IMG/VR virus record: IMGVR_UViG_3300032135_000034
Coordinates: 1-34,360 of that record
Length of the DNA: 34,360 bases
Origin: a virus
Lineage: Duplodnaviria > Caudoviricetes
Strand: one strand, 5' to 3'
This document shows, in pieces, positions 16,678-24,660 of the stretch. Under the pieces are notes generated by a model. That model was not told where the DNA came from. It did not search any database and saw only the letters and a program-made list of their open reading frames with translations. Position 1 is the stretch's first letter. Each line of letters opens with the position of its first letter. A program made the translations under genes and the position numbers.

Positions 16678-16785
16678 TGTTTTTACGCGCAATATGTAAT
16701 ATTTTTCTTATTTTTTAACCATCGTGCATGCATAACGGTATGAAGTAAACCCTATGGTTTGTATAATGACTTATGGGGTGAGGGT

Positions 16786-16926
16786 ATGAATGAAAAAACT
16801 ACAGTATATATAGAACCAGATTTAAAGGAATCGGTACAAATACGATTGCTTAAAGATAGGGAAAAGAAGAGCCTTTCTGCGCTAATAAATGAGTTGCTTA
16901 CAAAATGGTTAAATGAACAGGAATAA
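16786..16926 (+). CDS. Ribbon-helix-helix-like small DNA-binding protein (46 aa)
   Basis: MNEKTTVYIEPDLKESVQIRLLKDREKKSLSALINELLTKWL; GGGGTGAGG SD; TATAAT at 16762. Confidence 0.75.
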   Translation: MNEKTTVYIEPDLKESVQIRLLKDREKKSLSALINELLTKWLNEQE

Positions 16927-16969
16927 AAAAACAAAAGGCATTGTATTAACCAGTGCCTTTTGTTTTTTT
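16926..16969. terminator. Bidirectional intrinsic terminator
   Basis: AAAAAACAAAAGGCA...TGCCTTTTGTTTTTT between convergent genes. Confidence 0.85.
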
Positions 16970-16985
16970 ATTTAAATATTTAAAT

Positions 16986-17552
16986 TTAAGTCTCAATTAA
17001 AGTTATCATTATACCATACGTGTCATTATTAGTCCTTACAACATCCTTATCTTTTTCAACATCATATTCGATATATTTAGACTTTCCTCCAATTAGTTTC
17101 CAGTTTAAAGAGTATTCGCCATCTAAAACTTTCTTAACTCTTTTACAACTAGTAGCAGGAACATACCCAATATCACCCATTTCTTCATGAACTACTTTTA
17201 TCGCATTAGGATCAAATTTGTTTTGAGGGTCTGGAACTAATTTTATTTCAGAACTTCCATATATATCTACTTCATATATTTTGTCACCATCTGAATAATC
17301 TTCTAATATTTCTTTATTCGATAACCCATCATACGGTTCACTAGAATATTTTTCTTCCTTAACCATAGATTTTATTTTACTTTGAATTCCATTGAAAGTG
17401 ACTCCAGCTATTTTAAATGATATGTCTTTCTTTGGTTTTGGCTTTGCAATTTCTTCTTTTATTATTGGATTTACAACACGCTGTACTTCCTTTACCTTTT
17501 CTGCCGGCTTACTTTTATCTTTCTTCTTAAATATATTATCAAAAAATCCCAT
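16986..17552 (-). CDS. HIRAN domain protein (moron-like)
   Basis: FKIAGVTF...LVPDPQNKFDPNAIKV...IGYVP; AGGGGG SD; upstream TGTTATAAT. Confidence 0.8.
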   Translation of the reverse strand: MGFFDNIFKKKDKSKPAEKVKEVQRVVNPIIKEEIAKPKPKKDISFKIAGVTFNGIQSKIKSMVKEEKYSSEPYDGLSNKEILEDYSDGDKIYEVDIYGSSEIKLVPDPQNKFDPNAIKVVHEEMGDIGYVPATSCKRVKKVLDGEYSLNWKLIGGKSKYIEYDVEKDKDVVRTNNDTYGIMITLIET

Positions 17553-17649
17553 GACATTTCCCCCTTTTGTTTCCATACATATTATAACATAAATAGGAGA
17601 ATAATTTTAGCTACCTTTTGAATTTATACAAAAAAATTAAAAAACCCTG

Positions 17650-17729
17650 AATCTATCTTTTTATACATATGAAAACAGATAGATTATACCCTGGTATTAC
17701 CCGGGTATTACTGGGGTATTACCAGGGTA
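17650..17729. repeat. Hairpin plus four tandem 11-bp-period palindromic units
   Basis: AATCTATCT/AGATAGATT stem, then TACCCTGGTA-T-TACCCGGGTA-T-TACTGGGGTA-T-TACCAGGGTA (17687-17729). Confidence 0.85.
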
Positions 17730-17903
17730 AATATTTATAATTACTAATAAATATGAACGTACACAATACCCATAACTTAAAATGAGCTATTTTGAAAGGC
17801 TAAATCCTTATAAATCAACGTATATAGCATTTTAAATACACATCTAAAAACTACCTATATTAACACTTTAGAGTGGCACATTTCAGGTTGAAAAATAATC
17901 AAA

Positions 17904-17940
17904 AAATAAAAATAAACCCCAAGGATTTCTCCCTAGGGTG
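17904..17940 (-). terminator. Terminator after the lysis module
   Basis: Minus-strand CCCTAGGG...CCTTGGGG stem then T-run. Confidence 0.6.
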
Positions 17941-17950
17941 TAAATTAAAT

Positions 17951-18418
17951 TTAAGTAGATAAATTATTTTGGTTTCTGTAAAATTCTAATTCTTTTGCCA
18001 TATCTTCAATGTTAATTTTTGATTCGCTTTTAGAATTTTCAATATTTAATATTATAGGTTTATTTGTTGATTCTTCAGCATAACTCAATAAATTAATATT
18101 AGGATTTTTTAATTTATTTTTTAACCATTTTACAGCATCATCAATATATTTATTTAATTCTGCTTTTGTAAAAAATAATTTTAATATAAACGGTAATTTT
18201 AAATATAAAGCTGATATTACTTGGCTATATTTTGCACCACCCGTTGCACTTCCTAATTCCTTTTCGGCTTTTACAACTAAATCATAGATTATTTCTTTTA
18301 CTAAATCCTTTTTACCTCTTTTGTACAAAATTGATAATACTGTAACTACTGCAACTACTAATAGAGCATCTGTCCAATAAGTTAATAATAAAACTTTTAA
18401 AAATATTAATATGTTCAT
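17951..18418 (-). CDS. Second holin-like membrane protein
   Basis: N-terminal TM, LVVKAEKELGSATGGAK...YIDDAVK (LL-H-holin-like); after the endolysin. Confidence 0.6.
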   Translation of the reverse strand: MNILIFLKVLLLTYWTDALLVVAVVTVLSILYKRGKKDLVKEIIYDLVVKAEKELGSATGGAKYSQVISALYLKLPFILKLFFTKAELNKYIDDAVKWLKNKLKNPNINLLSYAEESTNKPIILNIENSKSESKINIEDMAKELEFYRNQNNLST

Positions 18419-18474
18419 TTTATAACCTCCAAGTTTTTATTTTAAATTTAAAAAGATGCCAATAAAGGCACCTT

Positions 18475-19269
18475 TTATGCTACTAGTTTTAGTATCGTAT
18501 TTATGCCTGCTACACCATCTACAATAAGCCCTTTTGACTTTTGGTAGTTTAGTATAGCGTCATAAGTCTGGCGCCATGGAGCATCTCCATAATCATTATC
18601 TATCTTTATATTTAGCTGTTCTTGAATCCACCCAACTAAGATATTATTATCGCCTCTTCTTACAGCAACTTTTTCTAGAGCTGCTTTGGTATTGGGTCCC
18701 ATCCAGCCATCTTCTACTAGTCTACGACCATAATAATCCGTAATTCCCATTGCATTTAATGCATGTTGGAGTTTAAATACTTTATTTTGTATTGGAGCAG
18801 CAGTAGCCAAAAGAGTAACTTGAATTAATCCATTTGTAAATGTATCTTTCATAGTTTGTAGTGGATAATTTTTGCCAGGGCAAGCTGTAGCCATTTCATC
18901 TTTATGCCCTAAAACTGCTTTTATAGTTGGGTATAAGCTTTTACAATAATGTATTAGCTCCTTAATAGCCTCTCTTTGTATATCAGGCATTACCATATTA
19001 TCAAAATTACCAACAGCACAAATATGCAAAGAATCTTGATTGTGGCCAAAAATACCTGCCGGTACATATTTAGGATCTCTGCCTTTATAAACTTTACCAT
19101 CTAGGTCCACAATAAAATTATAACCTAGCCCAGCCCAACCTAAATTTAAATGTTGTTGATGATAAGCCTGAACTGTATTAATACCTGCGCTATGATGTAA
19201 ATATAACTGCCTTGGTGTGTTACCTGGTGTCATTTCCTTAAATTTTAATCCTAAATCAATAATATTCAT
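18475..19269 (-). CDS. Endolysin: N-acetylmuramoyl-L-alanine amidase (Amidase_2) plus peptidoglycan-binding domains
   Basis: LHHSA, GWAGLGYNF, GHKD...TACPG; DGWMGPNT and VDGVAG.NT. Confidence 0.93.
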   Translation of the reverse strand: MNIIDLGLKFKEMTPGNTPRQLYLHHSAGINTVQAYHQQHLNLGWAGLGYNFIVDLDGKVYKGRDPKYVPAGIFGHNQDSLHICAVGNFDNMVMPDIQREAIKELIHYCKSLYPTIKAVLGHKDEMATACPGKNYPLQTMKDTFTNGLIQVTLLATAAPIQNKVFKLQHALNAMGITDYYGRRLVEDGWMGPNTKAALEKVAVRRGDNNILVGWIQEQLNIKIDNDYGDAPWRQTYDAILNYQKSKGLIVDGVAGINTILKLVA

Positions 19270-19270
19270 A

Positions 19271-19690
19271 TTATTTGTCCTCCTTAATTTCTTTTTTGTT
19301 TCCTGCCTGCAGCTGCACTAATGCATCTCGTAGTTTGTCGGGTATAGGCAACCCCAACTGAGCACAATTTTCCAGTAAACTTATGCCCTCATTCGCAATA
19401 TAAAAATAACATATAAGTGTCCTAAATAACCACGTACCCGCATTTAAAAGCCTATCTAATAAAACTGCTACAATTATTACTATAAGTATTAAACTCTTCC
19501 TGGCTATGCCCTTAAGGCCTATGTCGCTAGAGATCTCTTTATTTACATATGCTTTTATTAATCCTGTAATATAATCCAGGACCATGAATAGGAGCAACAC
19601 TATTATTGCTGTGTCCCATACTCCAAATAACCATGTTAGGCATGTACCCATTACTGCTATTACTGTTTTAATTGAAGTTCCTTTATCCAT
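19271..19690 (-). CDS. Holin (toxin secretion/phage lysis family)
   Basis: LDYITG...SS.IG.KGI.RK...NEGISLLEN..LGLPIP. Confidence 0.93.
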   Translation of the reverse strand: MDKGTSIKTVIAVMGTCLTWLFGVWDTAIIVLLLFMVLDYITGLIKAYVNKEISSDIGLKGIARKSLILIVIIVAVLLDRLLNAGTWLFRTLICYFYIANEGISLLENCAQLGLPIPDKLRDALVQLQAGNKKEIKEDK

Positions 19691-19723
19691 TTTCTACCTT
19701 CTTTCTTTTATATTTTTTCGCAT

Positions 19724-19750
19724 AACAAAAGACACCCTTGCGAGTGCCTA
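19724..19750 (-). terminator. Terminator-like hairpin after the fibre gene
   Basis: Minus-strand AGGCACTC-GCAA-GGGTGTCT-TTT. Confidence 0.65.
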
Positions 19751-19780
19751 TATTGTATTATTCAGTTTTAATGCTAATTA

Positions 19781-19800
19781 CGTCTTATTATCCGAGTGTG
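19781..19800 (-). repeat. 20-bp boundary motif, copy B
   Basis: CACACTCGGATAATAAGACG, 7 nt after the fibre stop. Confidence 0.5.
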
Positions 19801-19807
19801 CAATTAA

Positions 19808-21862
19808 CTAAAATGTATATTTATATACCATCCCTCTACCACTACCAAACCTAATAAGCAAACTATTATCATATATCTCACAATCTTCGGGTTCACTCGC
19901 TACATCTGACATATAAATACTAGAGGTTAATTTATGTGTATTTAAATCTATAACCCACAAATAATTGTCTGTTGTGCTTGAACCACCATCTGGTAAAAAT
20001 AGCTTACCATTATTTATACAATGTCCTTGATAAACAATAATCCTACTCCTTTGATTCGGAAATGCATCTTCAATTAACCATGATTCTAGCACATCACTTT
20101 CAGCAAATATAACGTCACCACTAGCTAATAATGGCATTTTAAACTTTTTAATCATATGTCTATTATTAACATCTTGATAATTGTCAATAGTTTTCCCATA
20201 AGTATAAATAAAACCTTTTTCATTATCCACAATCCAGTCAAACTCATTAGCATAATTAGTATTTATGTTTGCGTAGCTAAGTGTTTGTACCAATGTAGCA
20301 CTAAAAACACCGCCTGTATTAACTATTCTTTCTACGAAACACCTATGACTACCAGTACATTCGCTTATATATAAAAGAGGGTATTCATCACCAATATCAA
20401 AATACTTCGTTCCAAAACTAGCACTATTAGCGTGATTAAGTGCGTTGTATGAGCCTAAATTAAACTCGTTTATTATAGTTTTAGTTAATAAATCAATTGC
20501 AACACATACTCCTGTATTGTAAAATACAAACATTGTATCATTAAATATTGTCATACCTTGATTTGATTCCGTTGTTACTACTGTTCCTAAATCTGCAACA
20601 TTAAAATATAAACTTTTATCATATTTAGGCTTTAAAATTATTTTTTCGCCACTATAATCTGTATTGCCACCATTTATTAATGTTGGAATTGTTTCCATTA
20701 CTCGTCTTCTAGTATCTTTTTCAATTAACGCACCTAAATCACTAGTACCATTATTTCTACAGTTTGATAATAAAATATATGGCATAGGTTTATTTGAAGT
20801 ATTTGTTGAAACTTCAATATTGTTTGTTATTAAATTCCATATTAAATTATCATCAACATTTAATACGTATGTTGTTAATCCTGTTGTTTTTGATGCAATA
20901 ATAATACCTTGTTTTGATACTTGATATAATGTGCTTGTTGATAAATCTATTGTCAATTTTCCTGTTGGTGTATTTTCCTTTATAACATTTTTAGATAAAT
21001 CATAACCGCCACCACCAACAACAAATAACCCATTAAAACTATTTAACAATTCATTATAAGGATTTAGTAAAAATCCATTTGTAAAGCAACCATAATAATT
21101 ATTTGCCATTAATAGATTTTTTTCATTTCTTGCGACTGTATTACCTTGCACTACTATTGTATTGCTTACTAAATCCCAAAGCATAACACTATTAGTAGGT
21201 AAGTTTATAACAGTATCACTTGCAAATACATATGTTTTATATATCGCACCACTAGTACGTTTTATACTATAAAGGCTACCTACGCTAAAATAAAAATCTA
21301 TGGATGAATCGCTTTTAAGTAAAATACCTTTTAATTTTGAAGCACCAGCACCACTATATGCACTTGAAACACTTTGCATTACAACTTGTAAATCTGTATC
21401 ATAACCCATTTTTGCAGTAGTAACCCCACCATCTGCTACAACTGCGTTAACAGGTGTTGCTCCAGCTATTTGTTGTATAAATTCGGTTGTCATATCATTT
21501 TGACCTAATAATGTTAATTTATCTCTCTTTTTAACTATTTCAGCATTTGCAAGATTTAAATCTGCTAAAGTTGCTTTATTAGTAATAAAATCTTGTGTCG
21601 CCATATTTGCCAATTCTGACGCAACTTTATCCAGCCTTACAGGCAAACTTACCTCTCCACCTCTTGCACTTACTATCTCTGCATTTTCACTTCCGGCATT
21701 GATAACTAAATCATCAAATATTATTTTTAAATCGTCTTGTTTGCCTGTAGTAATTTCTACCTCTGTGTTAATTGCTTCTATACCAGTTGCGATATTTTCT
21801 CGTACATCTTTCCCAAACACAGCATCTCTTATTTGTGCTATTTTATCTAGTATGTTAGCCAT
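19808..21862 (-). CDS. Tail fibre / receptor-binding protein (N-anchor, C-terminal beta-propeller-like)
   Basis: IRDAVFGKDVRE.IA...AEIV.ARGG..L.VRLD anchor; propeller-like NQGM, HANS, YQG, EPED repeats; lies before the holin. Confidence 0.8.
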   Translation of the reverse strand: MANILDKIAQIRDAVFGKDVRENIATGIEAINTEVEITTGKQDDLKIIFDDLVINAGSENAEIVSARGGEVSLPVRLDKVASELANMATQDFITNKATLADLNLANAEIVKKRDKLTLLGQNDMTTEFIQQIAGATPVNAVVADGGVTTAKMGYDTDLQVVMQSVSSAYSGAGASKLKGILLKSDSSIDFYFSVGSLYSIKRTSGAIYKTYVFASDTVINLPTNSVMLWDLVSNTIVVQGNTVARNEKNLLMANNYYGCFTNGFLLNPYNELLNSFNGLFVVGGGGYDLSKNVIKENTPTGKLTIDLSTSTLYQVSKQGIIIASKTTGLTTYVLNVDDNLIWNLITNNIEVSTNTSNKPMPYILLSNCRNNGTSDLGALIEKDTRRRVMETIPTLINGGNTDYSGEKIILKPKYDKSLYFNVADLGTVVTTESNQGMTIFNDTMFVFYNTGVCVAIDLLTKTIINEFNLGSYNALNHANSASFGTKYFDIGDEYPLLYISECTGSHRCFVERIVNTGGVFSATLVQTLSYANINTNYANEFDWIVDNEKGFIYTYGKTIDNYQDVNNRHMIKKFKMPLLASGDVIFAESDVLESWLIEDAFPNQRSRIIVYQGHCINNGKLFLPDGGSSTTDNYLWVIDLNTHKLTSSIYMSDVASEPEDCEIYDNSLLIRFGSGRGMVYKYTF
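21599..21618 (-). repeat. 20-bp boundary motif, copy A (inside fibre gene, ~codons 82-88)
   Basis: CAGAATTGGCAAATATGGCG encoding SELANMA right after the anchor domain. Confidence 0.55.
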
Positions 21863-21888
21863 GTACCCACCTCCTTAATTTTCTACAT

Positions 21889-21918
21889 AAAAAAGACACC
21901 TAATTTTATTTAGATGCC
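21889..21918 (-). terminator. Moron terminator
   Basis: Minus-strand GGCATCTAA-N6-TTAGGTGTC-TTTTTT. Confidence 0.65.
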
Positions 21919-22088
21919 CACTTGCTAAAATTTATTAAATTGTCTGCTTCGCATACTATTCTTCCATTTATATTTGTAGAAGCAAAGCCATATTTATTAT
22001 AAGTAATTCCTTCTCCTACTATTGCTCCGCATTCTGCAACAAATAATAGGATTAAAAAACCAACTATTAACTTTTTAAACTTTTTCAT
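21906..22088 (-). CDS. Small membrane/secreted moron protein
   Basis: MKKFKK plus hydrophobic helix; GAGGTG SD. Confidence 0.75.
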   Translation of the reverse strand: MKKFKKLIVGFLILLFVAECGAIVGEGITYNKYGFASTNINGRIVCEADNLINFSKWASK

Positions 22089-22108
22089 TTAATAACACCT
22101 CTTAATAT

Positions 22109-22138
22109 ATTATATCCATAATTTACTTAAATATGCAA
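22109..22138 (-). promoter_or_regulatory. SigA-type promoter of the moron
   Basis: TTGCAT-18-TATAAT. Confidence 0.7.
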
Positions 22139-22141
22139 GTT

Positions 22142-23959
22142 TTATTTGCTTTGAATGAATATTTGAGAGTATACTATAGCTTCAATTCTTCCATTTTGAG
22201 TCGTACTAATTTCTATTTTGTTATTTCCAATAACAATATGTGAAGTAATATCTATATTGTATTCGTCTATAGCCACATCACCGCTATAAATTACTCCTAT
22301 ATCAACACCATTTATTTTAATTTTAACATCTTTTGCATATGTGCTTTCAAAGATTCCATATATGGCATTATGAATATGCGCCAATATTGTTATTGCGTGC
22401 GTATGTGCCTCTATAGTGATAGTATGAACGTGCGCTAATATATTAATTATAAAGCTATGAGTGTGCTGATACGCCATAGCCATCAATGAATTAGGTAAAT
22501 AATGAAAATGTGGATCGTTTGGAGCGCTACTACTTGTTACAACTTCAACTGTGTTTCCAGAATCATAGTCACTGGCTGGTGGTGTAGTTATGTTTTTTGT
22601 TGAACCTCCACCACTTGCACTACTAGTTGTACTACCTCCACCACTTGCACTAGTTGTAGCTACACCGCCACCACTAGCACTATCCTTACTATTTGCCCTA
22701 TATTTTCTGCCATGTAAATTAATATACACCCTATTGATATTTATTGTTTCTTTTGGTATATCTAAATCAAGTGTAATAGGATGTGTTGCATCTGCATTTT
22801 CATATTTTTGTATAGGAAATATCACTGTGTTTCCCTGAGGTGCATTTTCAAGACTTAAATTTCTTTGCCTTAAATCTACAATTTGATCACTAAGTGAAAT
22901 TGGCCTTGTACTAATTACTAAAGTTGGATTCCATGGACTATTAATCAAGTCTCTCGTTCTTTCAATAACCCTTGCGTATACATCTACATCCATTACACTA
23001 CAAAGCGTGTGAATTGTATCACCTAGCGAATACTTTTCATTCTCATGGCCGCTAAGCACTGATAAATCTAATTGACTTTGAGTATATACAAGTTTAATTT
23101 GTTTTTTTTCTGCCAGTACATTTTGTCCGTATATTTTTAATGTATCCGCATTTTGAATATCTTTATTTGTTGCTACGCCCTCTATAACTCCATATTCTGC
23201 TATTGCTAAAGCATCTTGGATATATTCTAAGTCGTCATTAACCTTTGCTATAGTAAGTTGATTAATACCCTCGCCATATCCAAGCGGAATAACTCTTGTA
23301 GTTATTTCAAGCGGATCATACTCCACCACCATATCCTTTAAATTATATCCTAGCTTTACTTCTACATCATTATTCTCGCCTAAGTCTGTTAAATAATCTA
23401 AATATAATATATCTGTGGTTTCTCTTACTCTTATGTCTCCGCCTAGAATATTGTGTAATTTAGTTACAATAGCATTTAAGGTGCTTTCATAGTTAGTGTC
23501 TATTGTGATAGGCTGTGTAATTTCAATCGTTCCTAGTTGTATTTTACGGTCATTATCTACTGTGGCATTATGGGCATTTAGTAAATAGGTTAATATTTGC
23601 GTGGGAGTTTTATTTATGAAGTTCCATCTGCGAGTATTTGTGTCATTAAGATAGCTCAAAGCACCCTCACACGTTACGTTCTTTTCAAATTTTCCACCGC
23701 TCATGTCACTTTTAAGTGGTATAATTCTACCGCTAAAAATTATTGAATTGTCTCTTGTATCTGTTATTTTTACTTTTGTTTTTAATCCATTAACTAAATT
23801 ATATCCTGGATTAACATATGGAACAGTAAAGGAGAGTTCTTCCGCTTTGGATAAACTCTCTTTTAAATCTAAATTTAATAAATGTGGTGTTTCTTTATCT
23901 GCGGATGGGTAATGTATAATAGTTTCAACTCCATTATTAAATAAACTAATGCTATACAT
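22142..23959 (-). CDS. Tal / tail spike (prophage tail endopeptidase-type) with HxH-repeat C-terminus
   Basis: IFSGRI, CEGALSYLND, ITTRVIPLG, LGDTI; SASGGG x3 and HxH x5. Confidence 0.85.
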   Translation of the reverse strand: MYSISLFNNGVETIIHYPSADKETPHLLNLDLKESLSKAEELSFTVPYVNPGYNLVNGLKTKVKITDTRDNSIIFSGRIIPLKSDMSGGKFEKNVTCEGALSYLNDTNTRRWNFINKTPTQILTYLLNAHNATVDNDRKIQLGTIEITQPITIDTNYESTLNAIVTKLHNILGGDIRVRETTDILYLDYLTDLGENNDVEVKLGYNLKDMVVEYDPLEITTRVIPLGYGEGINQLTIAKVNDDLEYIQDALAIAEYGVIEGVATNKDIQNADTLKIYGQNVLAEKKQIKLVYTQSQLDLSVLSGHENEKYSLGDTIHTLCSVMDVDVYARVIERTRDLINSPWNPTLVISTRPISLSDQIVDLRQRNLSLENAPQGNTVIFPIQKYENADATHPITLDLDIPKETININRVYINLHGRKYRANSKDSASGGGVATTSASGGGSTTSSASGGGSTKNITTPPASDYDSGNTVEVVTSSSAPNDPHFHYLPNSLMAMAYQHTHSFIINILAHVHTITIEAHTHAITILAHIHNAIYGIFESTYAKDVKIKINGVDIGVIYSGDVAIDEYNIDITSHIVIGNNKIEISTTQNGRIEAIVYSQIFIQSK

Positions 23960-24660
23960 TAAATCATCACCGCCTTAAATACAAAGGAGATTGTTCCTGT
24001 TCCATTTATAACTATAATATTCTCGCCATTTTGTAACTTCAAGCCATAAATAACATTACTTCCTGAAATTAAATTATAAGTAATTCCACCTATTACAATT
24101 GTCATATTAGCATTTATATTAATTGTAGGTGTAATTAGTCTACCTTTATTATAAATTGTTACTGTGAGTGAACTGGTGACGTTGAAATCTAAAGTTTGCA
24201 TATAATCAGTTTCAAAGTTGAAAGTGTCCCAAATATCATTTCCAACAAAATCAACAGATGTCTTAAAAGGTTCTGCAATAAATTTAACTGTAAATTCTGC
24301 CACGCTATTTTTTTCTGCTGGTTCTATAGTATTTTCAATTTCTGCTATAAAATAATAATCTTTTATATCGTCAAAAATAAGCTGATTTTGTGGTGATTCT
24401 TGAAGCCATTGAGTAATTTGTGTTAATTGACTATGCAGTTGTGCTTTACTGCTACAAATAAGAGTAAAACGTACCTCTATGGCTCGTTGATTGTATATTA
24501 TTTCTCCATTGCTGGCTACTGTTGAAAAATCATAAACTGAATGCATTCCAGGAACGGAATCTTTTATTTTTTTCTTACTTGGTGTACCTATTTTCTTACT
24601 GTTCATAATCAAATTAAAATCTGTATAGGAATGTTTTCCATTAAATGTTATGCCATTCAA
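23959..24660 (-). CDS. Distal tail protein (Dit)
   Basis: MNGITFNGKHSY.DF...VPGM...F.AEPF...WDTFNFE; lies after TMP. Confidence 0.85.
   Translation of the reverse strand: MNGITFNGKHSYTDFNLIMNSKKIGTPSKKKIKDSVPGMHSVYDFSTVASNGEIIYNQRAIEVRFTLICSSKAQLHSQLTQITQWLQESPQNQLIFDDIKDYYFIAEIENTIEPAEKNSVAEFTVKFIAEPFKTSVDFVGNDIWDTFNFETDYMQTLDFNVTSSLTVTIYNKGRLITPTININANMTIVIGGITYNLISGSNVIYGLKLQNGENIIVINGTGTISFVFKAVMI

Noticed and set aside
16688-16707. Boundary-motif-like CGCAATATGTAATATTTTTC
   Set aside because: Lacks AAT at positions 12-14 and the terminal CG
17687-17729. Mini-CRISPR array
   Set aside because: Units are 10 bp with 1-nt spacers; no cas genes
19808-21862. Diversity-generating retroelement target
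   Set aside because: No reverse transcriptase and no template/variable repeat pair noticed
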